Positions 8,388-18,099 of a stretch of DNA of 42,110 bases are shown in pieces. The notes below the pieces were generated by a model. The model searched no databases. It saw only the letters and a program-made list of their open reading frames with translations, and had not been told where the DNA came from. Origin of the DNA: Promethearchaeota archaeon. Lineage in GTDB: Archaea > Asgardarchaeota > Hermodarchaeia > Hermodarchaeales > Hermodarchaeaceae. The stretch's first letter is position 1. Each line of letters begins with the position of its first letter. Location of the stretch: the NCBI GenBank assembly GCA_048939245.1, contig JBHLPR010000017.1:1-42110 (forward strand), given 5' to 3'. The translations under genes and the position numbers were made by a program.

Positions 8388-10142
8388 ATGACACAAACCA
8401 AGGAAGTTTCAATCTTAATCGGCGGTGAAGCCGGAGCAGGTATCTCTGCTGCAGGTGTATCATTGGGTAAAGCTTTCATGCGAGGCGGATTCCATGTCTT
8501 TGGCACAGTAGATTATCCATCCCTTATTCGAGGGGGACACAACTTCTACACCGTCCGTGCAAGCAAAGACCCTATCTATAACCAGTGGGACCGTCATGAT
8601 CTAATTATCGCATTGGATGCTAATACCATTCACCGCCATTGGAAGCAACTCAAATCGAACGGTGGCATCCTCTACGACGAGGATGATAATTCTTTAGAGA
8701 ACCTCGACATGCCCAATAATGTGAAGAACTTCTTTCCAGTCCCACTTGAAACCATAGTCAAAGAAATTGAAGGTCGAGACGTGGTTCGTAACACCGTTGC
8801 TCTTGGAGCCACTCTTGGCATTTTGGGGTACAACGTCGAAATCCTGGAAACGATACTTCAAGATTTCTTCACCGAGAAAGGTGACAAAGTCGTTACTATG
8901 AATGTAGACGCAGCGCGTGCAGGATACAATTATGCTCAGGAACACCACGCGAAGAAATTAGGAGTTCAAATTGAGCCGGAAAAAGAAATTCGAAAAGAAC
9001 GGATTTTGCTCACAGGCAATGAAGCAGTTGCACTCGGTGCCGTCGCAGCAGGCTGTCAATTCTATGCAGCATATCCTATGACACCGGCATCACCGCTTCT
9101 CCATTTTCTAATTGCCTTCGCTGAACGGTTTAACATGGTTACTATTCAAGCTGAAAGTGAAATTGCTGCCATCAACATGGCCATCGGAGCATCCTATGCG
9201 GGCGTGCGGGCTATGACCGGCACCTCAGGCGGTGGCTTCTGCCTAATGAATGAAGCATTAAGCCTGGCAGGTATGACGGAAACTCCCCTAGTCATCATGC
9301 TCGGACAACGAACCGGGCCTAGCACCGGGCTTCCAACTTATACTGCACAAAGTGATCTCAAATTTGCCATCAATGCAGCACATGGTGAATTTCCCCGTTT
9401 GGTCATTGCACCTGGTGATGTACAGGAGTGTTTTGAGTTCACGATTGATGCCTTCAATTTGGCTGATGAATTTCAAATTCCGGTCATCTTGCTCACTGAT
9501 AAACATCTGATTGAGAGTCATACCTCCACCGATGCTTTCGCCCTAAAAGGCGTAGAGATCAATCGTGGTAAACTCCTACCCTTACAGCCCTATTCTGAGA
9601 AGGAGCCTTATCTTCGCCATAAACTAACATCTGATGGAATTTCACCCAGACTGATTCCAGGAACCCCTGGCGCTTTGACTCATACGGATTCAGCAGTCCA
9701 CAAGCAAAGTGGGTTTCAAGGAGACGACTGTGCAATCGCCACCAAAATGGCTAATAAACGCTATCAGAAACTCCCCAAATTACTCAAACGCCTTCAGAAG
9801 CAATCCGTCACAAAGATGCACGGTCCTAAAAAGGCTGATGTGACTCTTGTTGGTTGGGGATCAACCAAAGGAGTTGCCCTTGAAGCACTCCGTCTTCTTA
9901 AACAAGACGATATTTCTGCAAACTTCTTGCAGGTCATATATCTTGCACCCTTTCCTGGAAAAGAAGTGAAAGGGGCGCTCAACGGACAAAACCCAATTAT
10001 AGTTGAGGAAAATCAAACCGCGCAACTTGGAAACCTGATTAAGGAACACACGTGCATTGAGATTACCAAAAAGGTTCTTCGATATGATGGAAGAGCCTTC
10101 AACCCCCTTCAGCTTGCCAAGCGAATCAAAGAGGAGCTCTGA
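8388..10142 (+). CDS. korA: 2-oxoacid:ferredoxin oxidoreductase alpha subunit (fused gamma-alpha)
   Basis: GGEAGAG, IRGGHN, YPMTP, ESEIAA, TSGGG and RTGPSTGLPT motifs. Confidence 0.9.
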   Translation: MTQTKEVSILIGGEAGAGISAAGVSLGKAFMRGGFHVFGTVDYPSLIRGGHNFYTVRASKDPIYNQWDRHDLIIALDANTIHRHWKQLKSNGGILYDEDDNSLENLDMPNNVKNFFPVPLETIVKEIEGRDVVRNTVALGATLGILGYNVEILETILQDFFTEKGDKVVTMNVDAARAGYNYAQEHHAKKLGVQIEPEKEIRKERILLTGNEAVALGAVAAGCQFYAAYPMTPASPLLHFLIAFAERFNMVTIQAESEIAAINMAIGASYAGVRAMTGTSGGGFCLMNEALSLAGMTETPLVIMLGQRTGPSTGLPTYTAQSDLKFAINAAHGEFPRLVIAPGDVQECFEFTIDAFNLADEFQIPVILLTDKHLIESHTSTDAFALKGVEINRGKLLPLQPYSEKEPYLRHKLTSDGISPRLIPGTPGALTHTDSAVHKQSGFQGDDCAIATKMANKRYQKLPKLLKRLQKQSVTKMHGPKKADVTLVGWGSTKGVALEALRLLKQDDISANFLQVIYLAPFPGKEVKGALNGQNPIIVEENQTAQLGNLIKEHTCIEITKKVLRYDGRAFNPLQLAKRIKEEL

Positions 10143-10213
10143 CAATGCTAAACCATAGAAATTCTCATCACCCCGAAGGTCACAGCAACAAAATAAGTTG
10201 AGAGGAAAGAAAA

Positions 10214-11080
10214 ATGATGGAAAAAGCAACCCGAGAAAACATCAAAACCCAAGAAACAAACACCTGGTGCCCAGGCTGTGGCAATTTTGGAATTCTACGA
10301 GCCTTACAGAACGCAATCGTAGACCTTGAACTCCCACGCGAACAAGTTCTGCTTGTAACGGGAATTGGCTGCCACGGGAAAATGCACAACTATGTAAATG
10401 TGAATGGATTCCATGGTATTCACGGACGAGTCCTCCCCGTCATGACCGGTATTAAATTAGCAAACCACGAGTTAACCGTCATTGGTCATGCTGGAGACGG
10501 TGACCAATTTGATGAAGGACTAGGACATTTCCCCCATGCCGCCCGTCGCAATATCGATGTCAAGCTATTTACCCACAACAATAAGGTCTATGGCCTCACC
10601 ACGGGACAGACCTCCCCCACCAGCATCCAGGGCTATGTAAGTAAAACCACACCCCATGGCTCTTTTCCCCCACGAATTGAACCCCTAAGAATCGCTTTAG
10701 CTAGCAATGCCACTTTTGTAGCCCGAGGGTGGGTAGGAGATGTGAATCACCTCAAGGAGCTCATGAAAGCGGCTATTCAACACAAGGGCTTTGCCTTTGT
10801 GGATATACTCCAGGTATGCTTTACCTTTAATCGTGTCCAAAATTACCAGTTCTACCGTGATCGAGTCTATAAGCTCGATGAAGAAGAACATGACCCTTCA
10901 GATCTCTATGCGGCGATGAAACGGGCGGAAGAATGGGGCAATAAGATCCCCATTGGTATTTTCTATCAAGAAGAACGGCCAATATTTCGCAGTTCTCTCC
11001 CACAAATCAAAAAAACGCCGCTAGTTAGACAGCCTATTCCGCCATCTAATTTTGCTGAAGGACTTCAAGCACTCAAGTAA
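10214..11080 (+). CDS. korB: 2-oxoacid:ferredoxin oxidoreductase beta subunit
   Basis: WCPGCG, GIGC, HGR, TPP motif GDGD...NN, YGLTTGQTSPT. Confidence 0.9.
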   Translation: MMEKATRENIKTQETNTWCPGCGNFGILRALQNAIVDLELPREQVLLVTGIGCHGKMHNYVNVNGFHGIHGRVLPVMTGIKLANHELTVIGHAGDGDQFDEGLGHFPHAARRNIDVKLFTHNNKVYGLTTGQTSPTSIQGYVSKTTPHGSFPPRIEPLRIALASNATFVARGWVGDVNHLKELMKAAIQHKGFAFVDILQVCFTFNRVQNYQFYRDRVYKLDEEEHDPSDLYAAMKRAEEWGNKIPIGIFYQEERPIFRSSLPQIKKTPLVRQPIPPSNFAEGLQALK

Positions 11081-11124
11081 TTTTGAGAAGCAGCAAATAG
11101 ATCAAAGAGTCAAAAAGGCGATTA

Positions 11125-11152
11125 ATGCAGCTAGAAAAAAAGAGAGAAGAGG
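11125..11152 (-). terminator. Pyrimidine/T-rich archaeal terminator-like tract after the DUF35 gene
   Basis: TCTTCTCTCTTTTTTT on the - strand just after the stop, between convergent genes. Confidence 0.4.
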
Positions 11153-11167
11153 GCCTGCTAGCAGAAG

Positions 11168-11605
11168 CTAGGCAGGCTTGATGAAGTATGCCAGGTCGCC
11201 ACCTTCGAGTTCTTGTGGTGCAATTTTAACTTTCATGCCCACTTTGGGTTTACTAGATAAACCTTTCATGTGACCGGCGAGCAGCAAATTATCTTCGAAC
11301 TCGATGACACCCACCACATACGGAACATTGGTTTTCCTAGCGATACCTTCAGGAGCAAAATGCACAATCGACCAGGTATAAAGCGTGCCTTCAGGATTCA
11401 CTTCAAACCATTCGAGGTCCTTGCTACCGCAAGGACACCTAAACCGAGGTGGCATGAATTTCTTTCCACAGGACTTACACTCAGTGGCCAGGAATTTACC
11501 TTCCTTCAGTCCATCAATGAACCTTCGAAATTCAGCGGTCATTCGTTGACGATGCTTCACATCCGTTGACAATTCTTGTACTAAACCTAGTTGGGGTTCA
11601 CTCAT
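11168..11605 (-). CDS. DUF35-family Zn-ribbon/OB-fold protein (thiolase partner)
   Basis: CKSCG..FMPPR.RCPCG, GTLYTWSIVH, PYVVGVIEF; adjacent to the thiolase. Confidence 0.88.
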   Translation of the reverse strand: MSEPQLGLVQELSTDVKHRQRMTAEFRRFIDGLKEGKFLATECKSCGKKFMPPRFRCPCGSKDLEWFEVNPEGTLYTWSIVHFAPEGIARKTNVPYVVGVIEFEDNLLLAGHMKGLSSKPKVGMKVKIAPQELEGGDLAYFIKPA

Positions 11606-11616
11606 TTCATTTCACC

Positions 11617-12828
11617 TCAGGGCTCTAAAACGAAAACATTCACAAATTGGCCATGCTGACCAACGTTGTGAGTGAGTGCAATCTCAACATCTGGAACTTG
11701 ACGTTCTTTTTCTGCTGTACCGAAGACTTGTTTGTAGGCGTCGACGACCTGTCCGATACCAGTAGCACCTAATGGGTGGCCCTTGGATTTGAGACCTCCA
11801 TCAACATTCACGGGAACTCCTGGTCCATCAATATAGGGTCCACGTTCTTCAGCCCATTTGCCTCCTTGACCCCTTTCACAGAAACCAAGGTCTTCATAAG
11901 CCATGACTTCTGCAACGCTAAAGCAGTCGTGAACGTATGCGACATCAATATCCTTAGCAGAGCGACCCGACGATTTATACGCCATCTCTGCGGCTCTAAC
12001 CGACCCGCTCAAATTCGTAAGATTAGGACGATCAGTAACACGCATCGTGTCCGAAGAACAGCCAAGACCAGTAATCCAGAGTGGTTCACTTGACATCTCT
12101 TTCGCCTTTTCTTCATTTGCTAGAATGACGGTGGCGGCACCATCGCTAATCAAGCAACAGTCATAGAGTCGAAGAGGTAAGGCAATGGGGACTGCACCAT
12201 TAGCATCTTCAATCGAAACTTTTCGACGCAGATGTGCTAACTTGTTATAGTAGCCATAGTAATGGCTTTTCACTGAAACTGCAGAAAGCTGGTCACGCGT
12301 AAGTCCATCAACAGCCATTTTTCGTGCAGCGTACAGGGAGTAGAAGGTTGGAAAACTAATTCCATACGGATACTCCCACCTGTGATCTCCTGCCACTGAC
12401 ATTAGTTCAGTTGCATAAGCGGTAGACACCCAGGTCATAGTCTCAACGCCAACGGCTGCCATAACATCGAATTGCCCAGAAGCAATTTGTGCCCAGGCAG
12501 TTCTGATGGCGGTGGAGCCAGTAGCGCATGCCGTTTCAACGCGCATTGTGGGTTTGCCAATAATACCGACTTCATCGGCAATGAGTGCTGCAGCAGCACC
12601 TTGACCTGCAAAAGCTTCTGCGGCAATGCCGATAACGCTGGCTTCGACGTCATCATTTGTGATTCCTGCGTGTTCGAGAGCAGGGAAGTACGATTCGTGT
12701 GCCAGTTCCCGGATTGTGACAGCGGGATAGGTGGCTTTCTGGCCTTCGATGTCTTCTTGGATGACTTTGCCGCGTTTGCCGTATTTGCTGTGACCAACGC
12801 CCACAATGGCGACTTTTGGAAGTGCCAC
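11617..12828 (-). CDS. Acetyl-CoA acetyltransferase (archaeal/SCP2-type thiolase)
   Basis: ETACATG catalytic Cys, HDCF and GHPLGATG motifs. Confidence 0.9.
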   Translation of the reverse strand: MALPKVAIVGVGHSKYGKRGKVIQEDIEGQKATYPAVTIRELAHESYFPALEHAGITNDDVEASVIGIAAEAFAGQGAAAALIADEVGIIGKPTMRVETACATGSTAIRTAWAQIASGQFDVMAAVGVETMTWVSTAYATELMSVAGDHRWEYPYGISFPTFYSLYAARKMAVDGLTRDQLSAVSVKSHYYGYYNKLAHLRRKVSIEDANGAVPIALPLRLYDCCLISDGAATVILANEEKAKEMSSEPLWITGLGCSSDTMRVTDRPNLTNLSGSVRAAEMAYKSSGRSAKDIDVAYVHDCFSVAEVMAYEDLGFCERGQGGKWAEERGPYIDGPGVPVNVDGGLKSKGHPLGATGIGQVVDAYKQVFGTAEKERQVPDVEIALTHNVGQHGQFVNVFVLEP

Positions 12829-12919
12829 TTATTTTTCACCTATGTATAGTTCTTTTCGTGATTCTTCTATCGCGGTTTTCGCTAATAGAATCTTTTGTTG
12901 TATTAGTTTAGCTGTGTGC

Positions 12920-13738
12920 TTATTTACCCTTAAATTTGGGTTTGGATTTGGAGAACACCGCAGCGATTCCGGTTGAAAGATCTTCAGTATCGAAGGTAGC
13001 TAGCATGCCTTCTAGTTCGGTGACATTGCCTTTCTCTACGGGAACGTCGAAGGAGTGGTTTATTGCAGCTTTAGCGAGTTTGAGAGCGATTGGGGCATTA
13101 TCAGCAAGTGATTGAGCCATGAATAGAGCTTCACCATGGAGTTCATCGCTGGGGACCACTTTGTTTACTAAACCCATTTCGAGGGCTTCGTCAGCAGGGA
13201 CGTCGCGACCGGTCAGAACGATTTCTTTGGCTCTTCCCATACCAACGGTGCGTGGTAGGCGTTGAGTTCCACCCCAACCAGGGATAAGCCCAAGTTTTAC
13301 TTCGGGATTGCTGAATTTCGTCTCCTTCGAAGCGATGCGTAAATCACAGGCTAGGCTCATTTCTAATCCTCCGCCCATACATAGGCCGTGGATTTCAGCA
13401 ATAAAGGGTTTAGGAAAGGCTTCTATACGCCGGAATAGCTTTTGTCCAGATTCCATGAATTCTTTCGCCATTTTCCGATCTTGAGCCATTTGTGCCGCTG
13501 CTGTGAGATCAGCTCCTACGGAGAATGCTTTCTCGGAAGCGGATCGGATGATGACGGCACGAACGTTGTTGTCTTTTTCGATTTTATCCAGAACATCATT
13601 CATTTCTTTAATGAGCTCTGGTCCGATTGCGTTGAGTTTTCCAGGACGGTTAAGGGTGATGACCCCGATTTGTTCTTCTTCGGCGAGGAAGTGCCCTTCA
13701 ACCGCATAGGTTATGGTTTCATAATCTGCCATTTTCAT
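12920..13738 (-). CDS. Enoyl-CoA hydratase (crotonase family)
   Basis: LNRP.KLNA, AFSVGADL, and GGGLE plus PEVKLG carrying both catalytic glutamates. Confidence 0.9.
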   Translation of the reverse strand: MKMADYETITYAVEGHFLAEEEQIGVITLNRPGKLNAIGPELIKEMNDVLDKIEKDNNVRAVIIRSASEKAFSVGADLTAAAQMAQDRKMAKEFMESGQKLFRRIEAFPKPFIAEIHGLCMGGGLEMSLACDLRIASKETKFSNPEVKLGLIPGWGGTQRLPRTVGMGRAKEIVLTGRDVPADEALEMGLVNKVVPSDELHGEALFMAQSLADNAPIALKLAKAAINHSFDVPVEKGNVTELEGMLATFDTEDLSTGIAAVFSKSKPKFKGK

Positions 13739-13762
13739 AAGTTCCTCCTATTATGTTGGTTT

Positions 13763-14623
13763 TTATTTGTATTCGTAAAATCCTTTACCGGATTTCATAC
13801 CGAGCTCGCCTTTATCCACTTTTTCCACGAGCAACTTTGGTGGGGCATAACAGCCACCAAGTCCACGTTCTAGTGTTTCAGCGGTAGCACGAGCAATATC
13901 AAGACCTACAAAGTCAGCGAGCTGTAAAGGTCCGGCTGGAAAGTTTGCTCCGAGAGACATAGCAGTATCAATATCTTCAGCTGTGGCTAAACCTTCTTGG
14001 AGTATCTTTACTGCTTCGGTAAGCACAGGGATTAGGATCCGATTGACAATGAAACCAGGTGAATCTTTCACTCGTACTGGAGTCTTGTCTAACTTCTTAC
14101 TGAAGGCAGTCGCCGTTTCAATGGTATCCTCTGACGTTTTTTCTCCAACCACGATCTCAACCAATTTCATCGTGTATACAGGATTGAAGAAATGTGTCCC
14201 AACGACTTTCTCTGGACGTTTAGTAGCTGATGCAATTTCTGTAATACTTAGGGATGAAGTATTCGTTGCTAAAATGGTGTCAGGCTTTGCGGCCTTATCC
14301 ATTTTCTCAAAGAGTTCCTTCTTGACCTTCATATTTTCAAAAATGGCTTCTACTACCAAGTCGACATCCTTGACCGCTTCTTCGAGGTCAAGGACAGGTT
14401 TAATCCCATCCACAATGGTTTTGGCATCCTTGAGGTCTAATTTGCCCTTATCGACACCTGTTTTGACCATGGATTTGATTTTATTTATTCCGTTTGTAAT
14501 GAATTCTTGTTTTATATCGTTAAGGTTGACTTCGATGCCGAATCGGGCGGCTTGGTAGGCAATGCCTGTGCCCATAGCGCCAGCACCGATGACAGCGATA
14601 CGATTGATTTCCATTTTTTTCAC
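13763..14623 (-). CDS. hbd: 3-hydroxyacyl(butyryl)-CoA dehydrogenase
   Basis: GAGAMGTG Rossmann motif, EAIFE, NTSSLS, HFFNP..M.LVE, PGFIVNR. Confidence 0.9.
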   Translation of the reverse strand: MKKMEINRIAVIGAGAMGTGIAYQAARFGIEVNLNDIKQEFITNGINKIKSMVKTGVDKGKLDLKDAKTIVDGIKPVLDLEEAVKDVDLVVEAIFENMKVKKELFEKMDKAAKPDTILATNTSSLSITEIASATKRPEKVVGTHFFNPVYTMKLVEIVVGEKTSEDTIETATAFSKKLDKTPVRVKDSPGFIVNRILIPVLTEAVKILQEGLATAEDIDTAMSLGANFPAGPLQLADFVGLDIARATAETLERGLGGCYAPPKLLVEKVDKGELGMKSGKGFYEYK

Positions 14624-14742
14624 CTTAATGGTATTCGACAGTAATCTGCGTATGCGAAACTTAGAGGTTCTATTTTAATACAACTCTAAGTCCAAATTCG
14701 CAAGTCAAAGAGGAAAAGGGAAAGGGGACCAAAAAAAGCCAG

Positions 14743-16125
14743 CTAGAGGGTTTCTTGAGTTCTAATTCGCCGGAGTTGAAGTTTGAGTCGAACGAATCTT
14801 CGATCGTATTCGGCTTCACTGATGGTGCCCGAACTGAGTGCGGATTCGAGTTGTCTCAAATGCTCGATGAGTCGTGCTTCATCGCCAATGGCTATGTGTT
14901 CTAAAGATTCAGTTGGAGAAGATGGTGGATGAGTCAGTTCGGCAGGAATCGAAGCAGGGGCAGGAGATGGTGAAAAACCTCCGGCTTCTTCAAGTGTGGT
15001 TGGTTCGGAAGCAAGTTGGGGAGTAGCAAGAGGCACTGGAGTTAAGGAAGGCGGTTCCACTTGGGCTTTCTTCGTTTGTTTAATGTCTGTGAGCTCTTTC
15101 GTTTTCAAGCCTGGTTTGGCGAGGAGAAATTCCAGCTCAGAGATGAGCGCAGGGTTGAGTACGTATTTTTTAAGAACAGTGATACCCGCGTTTTCGGGCT
15201 CGGTGACGTTATGGCAGGAGTGGCATACAAAGATCATTTGGGGATTTTTAAATGAGGAGTTGCATTGAGGGCATTGGTAGCCGCGGAAGACCCGGAATTC
15301 ATGTTGGTTTTTGCTGCGAATGCCGCAATGATTGCAATATACGTCCTGTTCGTCGGTGAGTTTGACGCTGATGGTTCCGCAGGTGAGATGTTCGAAGAGT
15401 TCAACGGGTTGAGCAGGCGTTTGACAACTGGGGCAGAGGATGTGAGGGTGGAGGTGAAGCGAATTACATTTGGGACAGGCAAGGGAGCTATTCGTGGGCT
15501 CTGTGAGTAAGACGCCATAATCGGCAAGGCGGTCCAGGAGTTTCATGGCTTGTTCATCCTCGAGGCCTGTGATAGAAGAAGCAAGAGGATAGGAATACCC
15601 TATTTTGGTTGTCGCAAGTTCGGGAACTAATTCTGCTTGTTGACGAGAAAGCAGGGCTTCAACGAGTGTTCGGGCTTCCTTTTCCTGTAAAATCGCGAGT
15701 TCTGCTAAGTTCGCAGGCGCTTTGCGAGTGGAGAAATGTTCTAGTTCATTGCTGATAACATCGAGCAACTGCTTTCGAAATTCAATGGTGACAACTTTGA
15801 ACCCATCCGGTTCGCGATGCATTTGTGATAAAACGGGGTCAATTTTCGCTTCGATGTTTGTGAAAAATTGATCGTATCGAGCTTCGGGATCTCTGGCACC
15901 TACAGCAAGGACTTTCATCAATACGCGACCACGTCGAATGAGGAGTTTGAAATTGCCCATGGCGATGGTGTTGAGTTTGCCACCGGAGGTTTCTTGGGCA
16001 AAGTCGTGACTTGCTGCAATAAATCCTGAGAAAAGGTCGGGATTGAAGGAGAAGCCTGGAACGGTGATATGGGTAAGAAGGAGTCCACTATTCGCATCGA
16101 TGAGCCAGATGCCGTAGAGAACCAT
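14743..16125 (-). CDS. Multidomain protein: longin-like N-terminus, TackOD1-like Cys-rich domain, Pro-rich linker, SHOCT-like tail
   Basis: GIWLIDANSGLLL...PDLFSGFIAA..F..E longin-like pattern; five CxxC plus one HxxC; GAGGTG RBS before ATG 16125. Confidence 0.7.
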   Translation of the reverse strand: MVLYGIWLIDANSGLLLTHITVPGFSFNPDLFSGFIAASHDFAQETSGGKLNTIAMGNFKLLIRRGRVLMKVLAVGARDPEARYDQFFTNIEAKIDPVLSQMHREPDGFKVVTIEFRKQLLDVISNELEHFSTRKAPANLAELAILQEKEARTLVEALLSRQQAELVPELATTKIGYSYPLASSITGLEDEQAMKLLDRLADYGVLLTEPTNSSLACPKCNSLHLHPHILCPSCQTPAQPVELFEHLTCGTISVKLTDEQDVYCNHCGIRSKNQHEFRVFRGYQCPQCNSSFKNPQMIFVCHSCHNVTEPENAGITVLKKYVLNPALISELEFLLAKPGLKTKELTDIKQTKKAQVEPPSLTPVPLATPQLASEPTTLEEAGGFSPSPAPASIPAELTHPPSSPTESLEHIAIGDEARLIEHLRQLESALSSGTISEAEYDRRFVRLKLQLRRIRTQETL

Positions 16126-16315
16126 GTAGGCGTACACCTCGTACTTGAAAATACTCCAATCGGTGTGAGTATCTTTCAATTCCCGCAGATAGCCAAAGGG
16201 TGAACAAAGCCGCAGTCTATTCCGCCTCTGGCAAATTTGCCTGTGTCTAATATCCCATTTAATACTGTTCCTTCCAAATGATTTCTGCTGAAAAAATGAA
16301 GTTTCACTTAATCTC

Positions 16316-17128
16316 TTAGATTTGACATTGCCGGCAGAAGTTCGCGACTCGTAACCCAGATTTCACAGAGGAAAGGGTAGTAGTGCAAACCGGACAGGGT
16401 TCACCACCCTTCCCATGCACTTGAAGAAAGTCTCGGATCTCGAATTGCAGCTCGTCTCCAACTCGATTAGCAATAGTTGAGATGGCATGCTTTAAAACCG
16501 AGTGAGTTGCTGAATACAAAGCATCAATTTCTGTGGTAGTGAGAGTGGACCGTTTACGAAAGGGTAAAACATGAGCGGCAAAGAGGATTTCGTCCGCGTA
16601 AGCGTTGCCAAGTCCCGCAATAAAGCGCTGGTTAACCAGCACATGCTTAATGGCTCCGTTAAATTTACGGATTCGTTGACGAAATACCTCTAATGTCAGC
16701 GTGGGATCCAAAGCATCTGGACCCTGTGTATCGTAGTTCGGGATAAGGGATGTGGGCTCATCTTCGAAGAGGAGATAGATCTTGCCCATGTTTTTCGCAT
16801 CCAAATAGCGTAGATCCCATCCAGTATCAAGGTGGAAGCGGAAGCCCATTTTCTTCTGCTTCTTGGTAGATGGTGATTGTAGTTTGAGCCGACCAGCGAG
16901 CATGAAATTGATGAATAATCGCGCTTCTGGTTCAAAGTGAAAAATGAGAATTTTACCATATCGCGAAAAATCCTGGATAACCCGGTTTGTTAGCCCCTGG
17001 ATGAATTGCTGGGCTGTGGGACGTCGGAGAAGGATGGGACTTCCGACTTCTGCCTGTTCGATTCGTTTTCCGATCAGTGTTCGTTTGAGAACCGTTTTGG
17101 CAACTTCTAAATCGGGTAACTCGGGCAT
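16316..17128 (-). CDS. mutM: Fpg/Nei family DNA glycosylase
   Basis: N-terminal MPELP, RYGK, H2TH AGLGNAYADEILF, C-terminal CxxC...CxxC zinc finger. Confidence 0.85.
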   Translation of the reverse strand: MPELPDLEVAKTVLKRTLIGKRIEQAEVGSPILLRRPTAQQFIQGLTNRVIQDFSRYGKILIFHFEPEARLFINFMLAGRLKLQSPSTKKQKKMGFRFHLDTGWDLRYLDAKNMGKIYLLFEDEPTSLIPNYDTQGPDALDPTLTLEVFRQRIRKFNGAIKHVLVNQRFIAGLGNAYADEILFAAHVLPFRKRSTLTTTEIDALYSATHSVLKHAISTIANRVGDELQFEIRDFLQVHGKGGEPCPVCTTTLSSVKSGLRVANFCRQCQI

Positions 17129-17204
17129 GGTACTTCGCTCGCAGGCTTTTCCTGTACGTCAAGGTTTATGTGATTTTTGCCGTGGGGTCAACTACCTCTT
17201 TGTG

Positions 17205-17960
17205 TCATGGTGGTCCGCCTTCCCGTTTCCAGAGCCAGTAAGAAATGACAACAAAGATGATGGCAAAGACTGCGAAAATGCATTCCACCAATATACTGGC
17301 AGTATATGGGTCTAGGAACGGGTAGAGGAGGAATTGCAGGAGTATCATGGGAATGAAGTCGAACAGGAAGTGGAATAGAATCGCCAGCACCGCAAAAATA
17401 TACCGGCGATGCCATACTGCTAGAGCCACAAGTATTGTTGCAGATACATGGAAGGCAATTGCGATATTTCGTTCAACAGCCCCGAGTAAGAAACTGAAAA
17501 TGAATTCCGATTCAGTTGGCAATGTGATAATTGTGATTAACCATTCGTATAGGAACCCGTATGTGAGCACGGTAAGGACATACAGCAGGAGAGCCTCACA
17601 GAGTCCCCAACCTAGCCCGAAGCATAGAGCATGTTTGAGAGTTTTAACGAATTGCGGAAATTTGTATAAAAACCCATATTTGATTCCTTCTTCAAATAAT
17701 CCTGCCAGCAATGCACCTGTGAAAATTAGAATGGCGGCTAAGAGGACATTAAATAGGGGAGGAACGGTAATCGCCCAAAGTTCAAGAGCTAGGAGAATGG
17801 GCGTTCGGGCTAGCAAGGCCAATAGCCAAAAAATACCACCGAGTAGCGCAGATATCCACATGCTTCCTTTAAACCGAGCGATATACAGAAAGAGGATTAA
17901 CGCAGGGAATATCGCGAGTAAAGTTCCAGCAATGGAAACCAGAATGAGAAAAAGGCTCAT
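17205..17960 (-). CDS. YhfC/PrsW-like intramembrane glutamic/metallo-protease
   Basis: AGLFEEGIK, FGLGWGLCEA, ERNIAIAFH and HFLFD motifs; polytopic. Confidence 0.78.
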   Translation of the reverse strand: MSLFLILVSIAGTLLAIFPALILFLYIARFKGSMWISALLGGIFWLLALLARTPILLALELWAITVPPLFNVLLAAILIFTGALLAGLFEEGIKYGFLYKFPQFVKTLKHALCFGLGWGLCEALLLYVLTVLTYGFLYEWLITIITLPTESEFIFSFLLGAVERNIAIAFHVSATILVALAVWHRRYIFAVLAILFHFLFDFIPMILLQFLLYPFLDPYTASILVECIFAVFAIIFVVISYWLWKREGGPP

Positions 17961-18099
17961 CGTACCACCAATTTGCTATTATTCTGAACTTACATAAAAA
18001 CCCGTACTGATGTTCTGAGAGTCACCCTTTTACTACTCTAAGAAGTGGTGAAATCCTTAAAGGAAAGTTAAGGCTCAAGACATGAACAGGTGTTTATTC

